Positions 29,547 to 40,614 are shown, numbered from the stretch's first letter. The stretch: 64,000 nt of DNA from Limisphaerales bacterium (GCA_038249465.1 JBBRWD010000007.1:17308-81307); one strand, 5' to 3'. The notes: generated from the sequence alone by a model not told the origin. Program-made: numbers and translations.

Positions 29547-30896
29547 CTAATTCGTCCTGACGCGGAAAAACCGGCGGCTGGGAGGAGTCACCATTGGCAG
29601 GGCGATGGTCGTCACCGCGCCGGGCGCGTTGGTCGTATAGACCGTGGTCCAACTGTTGGAAAGCAGCGTCACCGAGGATTCCACGATGAGGGTCTGACCG
29701 GCGTCGGACCTGACCTGGAAGCGGAACTGGTTCGTCAGAATTGCCGCGGTGTTGGTCAGCAGGGTCGCCGGGCTGTTGGTGCCGGCGGTCACGAGCGAGA
29801 ACTCCGTGATCGTGACCCGCGCGGAACTGGTCACCGACGCGGTGCCATTCGAGGCGGAGGCCAGCCGGGCGAAGTAGATCGTGGCGCGATAATTGGTGTT
29901 TGCCAGCAGGGTGTTGGCGGGAATCACGACCGATCTGGCCGTGCCTCTCAGTGTGCCGGGTTGCGGCGGCTCCGGTGACGTGAAAGCATCCCCAACCTCG
30001 ACCCAGATATAATCACTGGCAGTTCCACCCACAAATGGATCCCAAAACAGCGTGAACGGCTGCGATGGATTGACCGCCTGGGCCGCGACGTAATTCGTGA
30101 CCTGCGGCGCATTGGGTTGCAGGTTCAAATTCGGCAGGTTGACGGTGATCTGCTGATTCGAGGCGGCGGCGGTCACGGTGAATTGATAGGCGCCGCCGGG
30201 ATACTTCGCGTTGAACGCCGGCAGATCGTTGGTGGCATAATCGAAAAAGGAGAAGCTCTCCAGCGCAATCGGTGATCGGGTGAGCGACAGCACCGGCTGG
30301 CCGGGCGGCTGCACCGTCACCGAATTCGCGGTGCGGTTTGAGGCGAGGAGGGTGCCGGCATTGAAGAAAGAGGAGAGCTCTGGATCCAGCGCCGGTATCG
30401 CCGAGTTGGTCTGAAGGTAGCGGTGGTAAACGCCGACGAAAAAGCTGGTCGCCGCGTTGGTGCCGGTCCCGCCACCGGATGACGAACCGCTGGTGGAGAA
30501 GAAGCCTTGTCCGAAGACAAAGTCTGCGGTCTCGATCGTTTCCCCAAACATGGTCCACTGAATCGTCGCGTCAGCAGGCCAGGCGGGTGCCGGCGTGATC
30601 GTTGCCACGGTTTCGGCGAGGTTCCAGGAAACAGTGGTGTCCAAAGGCAACGGAAGGCCTCCGCTCTTGATGAAACTGAAGAAGGTGGAATCCGGCGACG
30701 TGTTCATCGGCACAGCAAACGTAAAGACGACGGGGGCCGATGCGGATACACTGGTGGTTCCGTCGAGCGGGTTGACCGTGAAGTCCGCGGCCGATGCCAG
30801 AGGCCCGGTGGTCCACAGCCCGCCGCCGACCGCCAGCGCGAGCAAGGTTGCCCGCAAGGATTGAGAAAAACCGTGTGATGTGTTCCTTGTATTCAT
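29547..30896 (-). CDS. Secreted protein with N-terminal Ig-like (Big_5/SbsA-like) domain and C-terminal 'ESSVTL..W...RRFFRV' motif
   Basis: Signal peptide, 'P.DG.T.V....PVVFTF..PMN', Thr/Asn-rich beta composition. Confidence 0.65.
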   Translation of the reverse strand: MNTRNTSHGFSQSLRATLLALAVGGGLWTTGPLASAADFTVNPLDGTTSVSASAPVVFTFAVPMNTSPDSTFFSFIKSGGLPLPLDTTVSWNLAETVATITPAPAWPADATIQWTMFGETIETADFVFGQGFFSTSGSSSGGGTGTNAATSFFVGVYHRYLQTNSAIPALDPELSSFFNAGTLLASNRTANSVTVQPPGQPVLSLTRSPIALESFSFFDYATNDLPAFNAKYPGGAYQFTVTAAASNQQITVNLPNLNLQPNAPQVTNYVAAQAVNPSQPFTLFWDPFVGGTASDYIWVEVGDAFTSPEPPQPGTLRGTARSVVIPANTLLANTNYRATIYFARLASASNGTASVTSSARVTITEFSLVTAGTNSPATLLTNTAAILTNQFRFQVRSDAGQTLIVESSVTLLSNSWTTVYTTNAPGAVTTIALPMVTPPSRRFFRVRTN

Positions 30897-30962
30897 AGAG
30901 ATGGTTCCTGTTTAGCGGATCGACCGCTCAGTTCAATTCCAAAATCTTTCCGTCAAACCGCC

Positions 30963-31048
30963 AGGCAGGGGGTTGCCATCCACCCACCGCGCACTTCTGG
31001 CTGCCCTCCGTGCCCGCAGCGGCGCGGTGAGGACACCGCGCCCAACCT
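30963..31048. repeat. Degenerate REP family D-like copy
   Basis: Right arm GCGGCGCGGTGAGGACACCGCGCCCAACC resembles the family D arm; left arm decayed. Confidence 0.45.
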
Positions 31049-31079
31049 TGACCTTTCGGGCCGGGAGCCGGTCGCAACC

Positions 31080-31925
31080 TCAGTCCAGCGCCTCATCGCT
31101 CGGTTCGTCCATCGCAACACCTGGAGCGCCGGCGTAGCGGCGCAGATACTTCAACGCCACCGTCAGATCCTTCGGCCAGGGCGCGGTCAAGACCAGCTCG
31201 GCGCCAGTGACCGGATGCGGCAGCTTCAGTTCTTCGAGGTGCAGCGCCGTGCTGCCGACGAGCGGACGCTCTTCCTGCCCCGGCTTGAGACGGTAGTTGC
31301 GCTTGAAGGACGAAAGAAGCAACTGGCGTCCGCCGTAGAGCATGTCGCCCACGATGGGCGTCTGACTCCAGCGCAGATGCGCGCGAATCTGGTGCCGCCG
31401 ATCCGTGAGCGGACGGCACTCGACCAGGCTGCATTTCCCGAAGGATTCGAGCAGCTTGAAACGGGTGTGCGCGCGTTTGCCGTGCTCGCGATCCACCCGC
31501 GCCATCTCCGGCTTGAGCGCATGAGTCCCGAGCGGCTGGTCAATCTCCCACTCGGTCTGCGCCGGGCGGCCGCGCATCAGGGCGAGATATTTCCTCAGAG
31601 GTGTTTCGGCGCTGAAGAGCGCGGCCAGCGCCACCAGCGCGGCGTGGGATTTGGCCAGGATCAGCACGCCGGTGGCCTCGCTGTCGAGACGGTGGGCGGG
31701 TTTCAGGTAGCTGAGCCCGCGCTCGCGCGCCCAGGGTTTGCCCTCGGCGATGGCCCGGTGCAGGAGCGTGGTGAGGTCGGGTTGCTCAAGGTGAAACCGG
31801 TCGGGCGCGGCGGGCAGAAGCGGCGGCTTGTTGAGCACGAGAAGATGCTCGTCCTCCAGCAGCACGTCGATTTCCCAGAAGCCGCCTTTGTCGGGCGCGG
31901 AAAGCTTGATGGCGGAATTGCTCAC
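31080..31925 (-). CDS. RluA-family RNA pseudouridine synthase
   Basis: LVLNKP, AHRLDSEATG (catalytic Asp), HQIRAHL, PIVGD.LYG. Confidence 0.9.
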   Translation of the reverse strand: MSNSAIKLSAPDKGGFWEIDVLLEDEHLLVLNKPPLLPAAPDRFHLEQPDLTTLLHRAIAEGKPWARERGLSYLKPAHRLDSEATGVLILAKSHAALVALAALFSAETPLRKYLALMRGRPAQTEWEIDQPLGTHALKPEMARVDREHGKRAHTRFKLLESFGKCSLVECRPLTDRRHQIRAHLRWSQTPIVGDMLYGGRQLLLSSFKRNYRLKPGQEERPLVGSTALHLEELKLPHPVTGAELVLTAPWPKDLTVALKYLRRYAGAPGVAMDEPSDEALD

Positions 31926-32025
31926 AATGAAGGGACAGTCGCCGCAACCGGAGTTTCATCCGGCGTGATCCACCCGGGGCAGAGGGCGCCAATGTGCTTC
32001 AGCCTGGAGGAGGTCCGTCTCCCGC

Positions 32026-33714
32026 TCACTGAGGTTGCGCTCCGGCACCGGGCTGGCCGCCGGGCAGTTCGCGCTGCGGCACATTGAGCTGCGACAACTC
32101 AGCCTGGCGGCGGAACCAATGATTGAACGCCTCGCCCTGCCGGTAGGCCCGCAGACGCGCGGTGAACTCCGGCATCTCGGCCTTGACCTTCGCATCCGAC
32201 GCCGGAATCCGGGCGCTGAGGTAGGCGACGATGCCGCCCTCGGCCAGCGGGACGAACGGGCTGGCTTTGCCGACCTCAAGGTCGCTGGCGATACCGCTGA
32301 TCATGCGCGGATTCAGGCGCACGGAGAGATTGGTGAGGGTTTCGGCGTTGGCCGCGGAGAAAGGCGGAACGATGATGGTCTTGACCTTGTCGGCCGTCGC
32401 GACCTCCAGGAAGGACTTCTTGGCGGCCAGTCCGTTGGTCAGGTTGCGCTCAAAAGTCTGGCCAGCGGTGCGCGCGATCACCAGCGCCTCGGCTTCCTTG
32501 TAGTCCTGCATCACCTTGGCGCGGACCTGATCGTACGACGGCATTTCGCTGGGCACCTCGGCCTGGCGGGCGATGACGAAGACGGCGTTCGAGCCGACAA
32601 TGGGCGAGAACTCAATGGGCCGGTTGGTGCTCAGCGCCAGCGCCTTGGTGCGCAGAGTCTCGGGGAATTGCGTGAGGTCCAGACCGTTGAGGCTGTCGAA
32701 CGGAGGCGTGACCTTGACCGCATAATTCCTGGCGGCGGCGAACTTGGCCAGATTCTCCACGCGATTGGCCTCGGGCTGGCTGATGAGTTCCGTGCCGAAC
32801 GCGCTCGCTTCGCGCCGGGCAACGATCAGCGCCTGCGATTGGCGGATCTCTTCCTTCATCCGCACCTTGGCCTCCGCATCGGTGAGCGGCTTACCATCGG
32901 CGCTGGTGAAGTAGTTCGTGCCGCGGCGGGCGTATTCCTCGGTGATGAAGCCGTCGAGGTTGGTGATGGTGCCGAGATACTTGTCGGCTTCGGCAAGGAA
33001 GTTGGTCGCCGGAAACGCCACGTAGCTGACGGTGATGCGGCGCGGAATGCGATAGCCGGCGGCATGGATGCTGAAATAATTGCTCAGCGCCGCGGGCGTA
33101 ACTGTCACCTGCTCCACGTAATTCGAGGCGAAGAAGACGGCGAGTTGCACGGCGAGTTCCTCGTTTTCCTTGCGGAAATACGACTCGGCATCGCGCGGAT
33201 TCACCAGCCGGGCGCCGACCGCGGCGCTGTTGACGAGCTGGAGGATGCCCGCCTCGTGCCGGATGAACTTCTCGAACTCCTGCCACGAGACGCCGCCCGG
33301 CTGAAGGATTTCCGCCTCGAATTTCTCGGCCGGGAATTCGCCGATCCGATCCTTCATCATGCGGCCGACCGCCTGCTCGCTGGGGGTGATGTTCAACTCC
33401 TTGAGCTTCTCAAGGATGAAAACGCGCGAAACCGCCTCGCGCTCCATGTTCCGGCCGGTGGCCTCGTCGTTGCCCGGCCACTCGCGGCCCCCGGAACGCA
33501 TGAAGTAGCTCAGCCTCATCTCCACCATGCCGTTGCGTATCTCGTCCACGGTGATGGGCCGGCCCTTGATCGAACCGAAGTTGCCCGTCTGCCGCCCGCC
33601 AAGGCCTCTGTCCATCTTCTGATAAGGCGAGAAGAAGACGACGAAACTGATCACCGTGATGGTGATGATGATGGCCCACAGCCAGGTCTGATGTTTACGA
33701 ATCGTGCCAAACAT
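32026..33714 (-). CDS. SurA-N/PpiD-like periplasmic folding chaperone
   Basis: N-terminal 'MF..IRK' plus TM, then 'G.I.G.PIT..E', in the PpiD/SurA N-domain layout. Confidence 0.7.
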   Translation of the reverse strand: MFGTIRKHQTWLWAIIITITVISFVVFFSPYQKMDRGLGGRQTGNFGSIKGRPITVDEIRNGMVEMRLSYFMRSGGREWPGNDEATGRNMEREAVSRVFILEKLKELNITPSEQAVGRMMKDRIGEFPAEKFEAEILQPGGVSWQEFEKFIRHEAGILQLVNSAAVGARLVNPRDAESYFRKENEELAVQLAVFFASNYVEQVTVTPAALSNYFSIHAAGYRIPRRITVSYVAFPATNFLAEADKYLGTITNLDGFITEEYARRGTNYFTSADGKPLTDAEAKVRMKEEIRQSQALIVARREASAFGTELISQPEANRVENLAKFAAARNYAVKVTPPFDSLNGLDLTQFPETLRTKALALSTNRPIEFSPIVGSNAVFVIARQAEVPSEMPSYDQVRAKVMQDYKEAEALVIARTAGQTFERNLTNGLAAKKSFLEVATADKVKTIIVPPFSAANAETLTNLSVRLNPRMISGIASDLEVGKASPFVPLAEGGIVAYLSARIPASDAKVKAEMPEFTARLRAYRQGEAFNHWFRRQAELSQLNVPQRELPGGQPGAGAQPQ

Positions 33715-33895
33715 AAGTGAAATCCCAGAATTAGAGGGCGGAAGCTAACTGCCACGCCGCCGGGCGGTCAAACGCAAAAACGGATCATTTCGGCGGGGTC
33801 CGCGGTCACGATGTTCCCCGGCCGCGCCGCATCCTCCTTTCATCAGACTTGTCTCGCCGGGAGCTTGTCCCCATTCTGCCCGCGACTTTTTGAAC

Positions 33896-36424
33896 ATGAC
33901 GACTGAACCCGCCATCACGCCGGAACTGGTGAAGAAGCACAATCTCACCCCCGACGAATACACGAAAATTCTGGAACTTCTCGGGCGCGAGCCGAGTTAC
34001 ACCGAGCTGGGCATCTTCTCAGTGATGTGGAGCGAGCATTGCTCTTACAAAAACACCCGCCCGCTGCTGAAAACCTTCCCCACCAAGTCGCCGAAAATTC
34101 TCGTCGGCGCGGGCGAGGAAAACGCCGGCATCATCGACATCGGCGACGGGCTGGCCATTGCCTTCAAGATCGAATCGCACAATCACCCCAGCGCGGTCGA
34201 GCCGTTTCAGGGCGCCGCGACGGGCGTGGGCGGCATCGTGCGCGACATCTTTACCATGGGCGCCCGGCCCATCGCGTCGGTCAACTCGCTGCGTTTCGGA
34301 CCCATCGTTTCAGATGTAGCAGCGGACGTGAGTCCGCTCCATTCAAATCCCGGAAATGATCAGAGCCGACTCACGTCGGCTGCTACCAACGGGGAGAATG
34401 AGGCCGCCTTGAGGAACAACCGCCGGCTCTTCAGCGGTGTCGTCGCCGGCATCGCGCATTACGGCAATTGTTTCGGCATTCCGACCATCGCGGGCGAAGT
34501 GTATTTCGACAAATCGTACGAGGGCAATCCGCTGGTGAACGCCTTCTGCCTCGGCGTGCTGCGTCACGATCAAATCGCGCGCGGCGCCGCCAAGGGCATC
34601 GGCAATCCCGTGTTCTACGTCGGTCCGGCCACCGGACGCGACGGACTGGCGGGCGCGGCGTTTGCCTCGCAGGATCTGACCGAGGAATCCGCCGAGCAAC
34701 AGCGCGGCGCGGTGCAGGTGGGCGATCCCTTCATGGAAAAGCTCGTCTGCGAAGCCTGCCTCGAACTCCTCGCCACCGGAGTGGTGGCGGGCATCCAGGA
34801 CATGGGCGCCGCCGGCTTGACGTGCTCGACGTGCGAAACCGCCGCACGCGCCGGCACGGGCATCGAGATCGAGTTGGACAAGGTGCCGCAGCGCGCGCCG
34901 AACATGTCGAGCTATGAGATCATGCTCAGCGAATCGCAGGAGCGCATGCTCATCATTGTGCAAAAGGGGCACGAGGACGAAGTGAAGCGCATCTTCGACA
35001 AGTGGGATCTGCCCTGGGCCGAGGTGGGCGTCGTCACCGACACCGGCCACATGGTCGTGCGCCATCACGGCAAGATCGTCGCGGACATTCCGGCCAGAAA
35101 GATTGCTGACGAGTCGCCGATCTATCAGCGCGAAGCGCGCGAACCGGAGTATCTGAAGGACGTGCGCGCGTTCCGATTGAACGGCCTCGACGACACCAAG
35201 GATCCCATCGCGAACCTCAAGGCGCTGCTCGCGTGGCCGACGATTGCCTCCAAGAACTGGGTCTATCGCCAATATGACCACATGGTGCGCGACAACACGG
35301 TCGTGTGCCCCGGCAGCGATGCGGCCGTGCTGCGCATCAAGGCCGATTGCGTGCCGGGTGGTTTGGAGTGCGGTGACTTGTCACCAGCGGCGGCGGGACT
35401 AGTCCCGCCGCAGACAAGCGCCGACAAGTCGGCGCACTCCAAAGACAAGCTCATCGCCATCTCCGTCGATTGCAACGGTGGCTATTGTTATCTCGATCCT
35501 TACGAAGGCGGCAAAATCGCCGTGGCGGAATGTGCGCGCAATCTCGCCTGCACCGGCGCCGTCCCGCTCGGCGCAACCGACAACCTCAACTTCGGCAACC
35601 CGCACAACCCCGAGCTTTTCTGGCAGCTCAAGGAATGCGTGCGCGGACTCGCCGATGCGTGCCGCGCCTTCAACGCGCCGGTGACTGGCGGCAATTGCTC
35701 GCTCTACAACCAGAGCCCGAGCGGCCCGATTGACCCGACACCCACCGTGGCGCTGGTCGGCCTCATCGAGAAGCCGGAGCACATCACCACGCAGTGGTTC
35801 AAGGACGAGGGCGACGCCATCATCCTGCTCGGCGACATCGTTGAGGAAACTGACAAGCTGGCAGGCCTCGGCGGCAGCGCTTATCTGCAAGTCATCCACG
35901 GCAAGAAGACCGGCACGCCGCCGCGCCTGAATCTCGATGAGGAAGCCAACCTGCACCGCACGTTGCGCTCGCTCATTGTGGGCGGCGGCATCAAGAGCGC
36001 GCACGATTGCAGCGAAGGCGGTCTCGCGGTGGCACTGGCCGAGAGCTGCATCTCGCAACTCACCGCGCGCGGCACGCCGCGCTTCATCGGCGCGACGGTG
36101 GACCTGACGGGCGTAGCGGCGTCTCGGCAGAGCGCCCCAAATCAGGCCCCAGCCCAAAGTGCGGCGCTCTCCCGAGACGCCGCTACGATGAGGCTTGACG
36201 CGCTGCTGTTCGGTGAAAGTCAGGGCCGGGTCGTCATCACCTGCACCGCACTGGATGCCACCAAGGTGGTGGAACGCGCGAAGATCCTCGGCGTGCCTGC
36301 CGCAAAGATCGGCACCGTGGGAGGTGACGCGCTCAAGCTCAAGACCCCGGCTGGCGAATTCTCCGCGCCCTTGGCGGAGTTGCACGACGGCTGGTGGAAC
36401 AGCATCGCGCGGACGATGAAGTGA
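33896..36424 (+). CDS. purL: Phosphoribosylformylglycinamidine synthase subunit PurL (small type) with three in-frame repeat insertions
   Basis: [46 protein letters not shown]. Confidence 0.97.
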   Translation: MTTEPAITPELVKKHNLTPDEYTKILELLGREPSYTELGIFSVMWSEHCSYKNTRPLLKTFPTKSPKILVGAGEENAGIIDIGDGLAIAFKIESHNHPSAVEPFQGAATGVGGIVRDIFTMGARPIASVNSLRFGPIVSDVAADVSPLHSNPGNDQSRLTSAATNGENEAALRNNRRLFSGVVAGIAHYGNCFGIPTIAGEVYFDKSYEGNPLVNAFCLGVLRHDQIARGAAKGIGNPVFYVGPATGRDGLAGAAFASQDLTEESAEQQRGAVQVGDPFMEKLVCEACLELLATGVVAGIQDMGAAGLTCSTCETAARAGTGIEIELDKVPQRAPNMSSYEIMLSESQERMLIIVQKGHEDEVKRIFDKWDLPWAEVGVVTDTGHMVVRHHGKIVADIPARKIADESPIYQREAREPEYLKDVRAFRLNGLDDTKDPIANLKALLAWPTIASKNWVYRQYDHMVRDNTVVCPGSDAAVLRIKADCVPGGLECGDLSPAAAGLVPPQTSADKSAHSKDKLIAISVDCNGGYCYLDPYEGGKIAVAECARNLACTGAVPLGATDNLNFGNPHNPELFWQLKECVRGLADACRAFNAPVTGGNCSLYNQSPSGPIDPTPTVALVGLIEKPEHITTQWFKDEGDAIILLGDIVEETDKLAGLGGSAYLQVIHGKKTGTPPRLNLDEEANLHRTLRSLIVGGGIKSAHDCSEGGLAVALAESCISQLTARGTPRFIGATVDLTGVAASRQSAPNQAPAQSAALSRDAATMRLDALLFGESQGRVVITCTALDATKVVERAKILGVPAAKIGTVGGDALKLKTPAGEFSAPLAELHDGWWNSIARTMK
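34316..34386. repeat. REP doublet family B, in-frame in purL
   Basis: GTAGCAGCGGACGTGAGTCCGCTC...GAGCCGACTCACGTCGGCTGCTAC; encodes [24 protein letters not shown]. Confidence 0.85.
35362..35443. repeat. REP doublet family C, in-frame in purL
   Basis: TTTGGAGTGCGGTGACTTGTCACC...GCGCCGACAAGTCGGCGCACTCCAAA; encodes LECGDLSP...SADKSAHSK. Confidence 0.8.
36112..36187. repeat. REP doublet family A, in-frame in purL
   Basis: Same arms as 20993-21070; encodes VAASRQSA...[10 protein letters not shown]. Confidence 0.85.
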
Positions 36425-36483
36425 CGGGGCCGCCCATTTCCATCTTCCCAGCCGGTCCACCCGTCCGCTACGCTGCGCGCACT

Positions 36484-37630
36484 ATGTTTGATGTGATAAA
36501 AGAGCAATTGCGCACCGCGGCGGACAAACTCACGCATCTGCGGAGGTTTCTTTGACTTGCCCGCCTTGCAACAACGGGCCAGCGAAATCGAAGCCTTGAT
36601 GGCTTCGGAGACTTTTTGGAGCAACCGCGAGAAGGCGCAGAAGATCATCGACGAGGCCAACACCCTGCGGCGCAAAATTGACCCGCTCAAGGACGCGACC
36701 CGCCGCCTCGACGACCTGGCGGTGCTCACCGAACTTGCGGAGGGCGAACCTCTCGCCGCCCAACCGGGGCATCTCAAGGATCTGGAAACCGACACCGCGC
36801 GCTTCCTCGCGGACCTCGACCAGATCGAGCTGCGCGTCTTCCTGAGCAGCCCGCAGGACCGCGCCAATTGCATCCTCAGCATCAAGCCCGGCGCGGGCGG
36901 CACCGAGGCGTGCGACTGGGCGGAGATGCTCATGCGCATGTATCAGCGCTGGGCCGAATTGCGCGGCTGGGAAGTCGAGATCACGGATATCCTGTCCGGC
37001 GACGTCGCGGGCATCGCCAGCGTCACCCTTTTCATCCGGGGCGAAAATGCCTTTGGATTTTTCAAGGCCGAGCGCGGCGTGCATCGGCTGGTGCGCATCT
37101 CGCCGTTCGACTCGAACAAGCGTCGGCACACGAGCTTTACCGGCGTGGATGTCGTCGCCGAGATCGAGGACGAGGCGGAAATCGTGATTCCGCCGACAGA
37201 ATTGCGCATCGACACCTTTCGCTCGGGCGGCAAGGGCGGACAGAACGTCAACAAGGTCGAGACTGCGGTGCGCATCACGCATATTCCCTCCGGCCTGGTG
37301 GCGGCGTCGCAGGCGCAGCGGTCGCAGGCGCAAAATCGCGAGACCGCCCTCAAGCTGCTCCTCTCGAAACTCTACGCCTTGCGCGAGGATCAGAAGAAGG
37401 CGGAACAGGAGCGGTTCTACGCCGAGAAGGGCGTCATCGGCTGGGGCAACCAGATTCGCAGCTACGTCTTCCAGCCTTACACCATGGTCAAGGATCTCCG
37501 CACCGGCGTCCAGACCAGCGACGTGCAGGGCGTCATGGACGGGAACCTCGACCCGTTCGTCAACGGCTGGCTGCGCGCCGGCAGCCCGACCAAGCGCATC
37601 CCGGGCGTCAAAGAAGACGCGGAGGATTAG
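36484..37630 (+). CDS. prfB: Peptide chain release factor 2 with programmed +1 frameshift at CTT-TGA-C (36550-36556)
   Basis: MFDVIKEQLRTAADKLTHLRRFL* continues in +1 as DLPALQ; SD-like GGAGG just upstream; SPF and GGQ motifs. Confidence 0.95.
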
Positions 37631-37660
37631 ATCGCGGTGCGCAGCGACCGTCATCCGTTA

Positions 37661-37751
37661 CCCCTGAACCGTAGCAGCCGACGTGAGTCGGCTCTAACTT
37701 TCCCCGGTTGCAGATGGAGCGGACTCACGTCCGCTGCTACGCGGTTCATGG
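37661..37751. repeat. REP doublet family B (37670-37741) inside a CCCCTGAACC...GGTTCATGG shell
   Basis: Arms match the purL copy at 34316. Confidence 0.8.
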
Positions 37752-37807
37752 TGAGGGGTGAGAACGTCGAGAGGCTCCTGATTTCGCAGGTGTTTGGTGA
37801 AGCATTT

Positions 37808-37856
37808 CCCCCTCACCTCACCCTTCCCTCTCCCCTCCCTCCGGGAGCGGAGAGGG
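37808..37856. repeat. CCCTCACC...CCCTCTCCC...GGAGAGGG-type palindromic repeat
   Basis: Imperfect hairpin; single copy in this window. Confidence 0.45.
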
Positions 37857-37910
37857 TTAACAAGTGGTCCGCCCTCGTCTTCTCCGGCGGCCTGAGCGGC
37901 GAGTAATCCC

Positions 37911-38441
37911 ATGCGTTCGTCCGAATCACTCCCCGACACGCTCTGCCTGGCCTGCGGCCTGTGCTGCAACGGCGTTCTTTTCAAGGACGTTGAACTCCAA
38001 TCCGGCGACGATGCAAAGCGACTCGCCGCCGCCGGTCTTCCGGTGAAATCACGCGCCTCGACGGCGACGACGAAGGTCAAGTTCCCGCAGCCCTGCGCCG
38101 CGCTGTGCGCCGATAATAAGTGCCGCCTCTACGCCGAGCGCCCCACGCGCTGCCGGCAGTTTGAATGTCTGTTGTTCCAGGAAGTCGCACGCGGAGAGGT
38201 GGAACTCTCCGCCGCGCTGCGCACCGTGCGCACCGCGCATCGACGCGCGGCCACGGTGGTCGAACTGCTCCGTCAACTTGGCGACAAGAACGAGGCGCTC
38301 GCCTTGAGTCTGCGTTTCCAGAGAACGCAACGCCGGATTGAGCGCGCGCTGCCTGATGAGGAGACTGCCGCACTCTACGCCGACCTCACGCTTGCGGTGC
38401 ATGACCTGAACCTGCTGCTGCGGGAGAAATTCTATCGCTGA
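37911..38441 (+). CDS. YkgJ-family CxxCxxCC zinc/iron-chelating protein
   Basis: CLACGLCC...PC..L....C.LY.ERP..CRQF.C. Confidence 0.85.
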   Translation: MRSSESLPDTLCLACGLCCNGVLFKDVELQSGDDAKRLAAAGLPVKSRASTATTKVKFPQPCAALCADNKCRLYAERPTRCRQFECLLFQEVARGEVELSAALRTVRTAHRRAATVVELLRQLGDKNEALALSLRFQRTQRRIERALPDEETAALYADLTLAVHDLNLLLREKFYR

Positions 38442-38539
38442 GCAAAGCGCCGGTTCGTGCGGTTTCTGAAAACCAGCGGACACGCTCCGATGGTGAGCAG
38501 TGCGTTCTCACCCGCGAAGCCGCCGCAAACTCTCGTCCT

Positions 38540-39475
38540 TCAGTGCATGTCCACCGAGCAAGTGCCCAGCCCGCCGCGATAGTAATTGAACTGCACGTTC
38601 GGATGATCGGCCAGCAACGACATGGGAACCGCCGTGTCCACGATTCGCTTTGAGATCATGTAAGCCGTGAGCCGCTGGCCGAAAGGATTGTCGTGGTAGC
38701 CCGGATGCCAGATGGAAACTTTCTCCGCCCGCCACGTTTCCAGCGGGCCAACGCTGATGGCCATGGTCGGGACCATCGCAATGTTTCCGCCGGCGCTGGT
38801 GCGGGCGTTTTGCGCGATGGTCAGCGGATGGAGCTTCACCACGCGCGTGGCCAGCTTGCGAAACTCCTCCTTCGACGGCGGCGCCTGCCGGTGCTTGCCC
38901 GCGCGCGGCAGCGGATCGTTGAACGCCCAGTGCTTCACGTCGCCCTGTCCGCCCTGCATCACCGCGCAACGCACGCTGCCGTCCCAAGTTTTGCGGTACG
39001 GCGCGGTGTCGGCCTTCGGGAAATGCAGGTGCGCGTCGGGCATCCGCAGCGTCTTGTCGATGCGGTTAAAGCACACCTCGCGATCGCATTTCTCGAACGA
39101 CAGCGGATGCGTCGCCGGCACTTCGCGGCCGGTCGCAGAATCAAACCACTCGTCCATGCCCCAGAAATGACCCGCGCGCACGTCGAGGACGAGCGTGTTG
39201 ACCAGCCGCGCCACGAGCGGGAGTTGCTCGGTCGGCCCGATGGGGCCACAGACGCCGACCGGGTTGTCAGCGGTGCTCTGCCGCCAGGCAGTGATGTATT
39301 CGAGTGCTTCCGCGAGATAGAAATCCTCCACCGTGTCGTACATCACGACCTTGAAGCCGGGGCGTGAAAGCCGCTCGACATCGCGCGGTGTGAGCCGGGC
39401 GGCGGCGGCGATGAGTTCGGCATCGAGCGTGGTGTAATCCCACCAGTCGGGCGAGATGGAACTGGGTTTGCGCAT
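38540..39475 (-). CDS. Glucosamine-6-phosphate isomerase/deaminase-like (NagB fold) protein
   Basis: [11 protein letters not shown]...H.AFNDP, 'TI.QNAR', 'VP.SLL..HPN'. Confidence 0.75.
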   Translation of the reverse strand: MRKPSSISPDWWDYTTLDAELIAAAARLTPRDVERLSRPGFKVVMYDTVEDFYLAEALEYITAWRQSTADNPVGVCGPIGPTEQLPLVARLVNTLVLDVRAGHFWGMDEWFDSATGREVPATHPLSFEKCDREVCFNRIDKTLRMPDAHLHFPKADTAPYRKTWDGSVRCAVMQGGQGDVKHWAFNDPLPRAGKHRQAPPSKEEFRKLATRVVKLHPLTIAQNARTSAGGNIAMVPTMAISVGPLETWRAEKVSIWHPGYHDNPFGQRLTAYMISKRIVDTAVPMSLLADHPNVQFNYYRGGLGTCSVDMH

Positions 39476-39503
39476 AGGGTGTGGGTGGTTCGTTGTTCGT
39501 TGG

Positions 39504-39575
39504 CGTAGCGGCGTCACGGGAGAGCGCCGCATTGAATCTATTTCAATGGCGGCGCTCTGCCGAGACGCCGCTACG
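39504..39575. repeat. REP doublet family A
   Basis: Same arms as 20993-21070. Confidence 0.85.
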
Positions 39576-39595
39576 CTGAGGCATCGCGCGGGGAT

Positions 39596-40387
39596 TCACA
39601 AGCCGGCCTCGTATTTTCGATTGATCAAAAAATTCTTCCCCAACGCATCGCGCAGCGGATCGGCATCTTCGGCGCAGAAGCCGTAGTGGAGATGCCGCCG
39701 CCAGCCTTCGGCGTGGGTGAAGCGGCGCGACATCCGGCCGAGTTCGCGCGAAAACCGTTCCATCGTCAGCAGATACTGGTTCATCCCCTGCGAGGCGCTC
39801 AGCCAATCCTGCTGGCTCCGGTGCGCCGCCAGTGCGTCCCGCTTGCGCTCGAACACCGTCGTCGTATTCACGAAAGCTCCCGCGGCAATGCGTCGCCGCA
39901 GCGGATCGCGCAGCCCGTGCGGCATGGCGTGATACACCGTCACCTCCCCGTCCACCGGAGCGCGGCGCGGCGCGGTGCGGTAGTTGTTCATGCCGCGCAG
40001 GAACGCCGCCGTCACCGCCAGCCGGCAGGTGTTGGTGTGGTCCTCCATGTAGTCCTGCGGCGAGGGCACGAGCAGAATCGACGGACCGACTTCACGGATG
40101 ACCGCCGCCAGACAGCGCAGCGTCTTGTCGTCGTAAAAAATCTCCGCGTCCTCAACGAGGCTGGGATGAAACACCGCGCCGAGCAGCTTCGCCGCACCCT
40201 GGCTTTCGGCGCGGCGGATGCGGCGCAAGCGCGACGGCGGATGAACCTGGCTGCCGCACGAGCCGCTGGCGAGGTTCATGTAGTGAAGCTCGTAGCCCGC
40301 CTGCCGGAGCAGCAGGAGCGTTCCGCCCATCATGAACTCGATATCGTCCGGATGGGCGCCGATGGACATGGCAATGCGCCGGGTCAT
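39596..40387 (-). CDS. PIG-L/LmbE-family N-acetylsugar deacetylase
   Basis: GAHPDDIE, R..E, D...DH, HRSQ. Confidence 0.9.
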   Translation of the reverse strand: MTRRIAMSIGAHPDDIEFMMGGTLLLLRQAGYELHYMNLASGSCGSQVHPPSRLRRIRRAESQGAAKLLGAVFHPSLVEDAEIFYDDKTLRCLAAVIREVGPSILLVPSPQDYMEDHTNTCRLAVTAAFLRGMNNYRTAPRRAPVDGEVTVYHAMPHGLRDPLRRRIAAGAFVNTTTVFERKRDALAAHRSQQDWLSASQGMNQYLLTMERFSRELGRMSRRFTHAEGWRRHLHYGFCAEDADPLRDALGKNFLINRKYEAGL

Positions 40388-40498
40388 GGTGATGGCGAGA
40401 TGCGCTCGCCGGAGTTGGTGCCTGGTTGACGGTGCTTGCGATTTGTAGAGCAGACGGAAGTTTGAAGGAACAGAAATCCGCGCAAGAACTAGATCCGG

Positions 40499-40614
40499 CG
40501 CGCATCTCAGTACTTGTAACGGCTGTGGCGAGAGGCAGCGGCAGGCTGCGATCTGCTGGCACTCCTCGGGCGACAAGACGCCGATTCAGACCGTTCAAGA
40601 AAGTGAGATGCGCG
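40499..40614. mobile_element. MITE-like element with CGCGCATCTCA...TGAGATGCGCG termini
   Basis: Imperfect ~23-bp terminal inverted repeats related to the GCGCATC ends of the 159-bp family. Confidence 0.55.
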
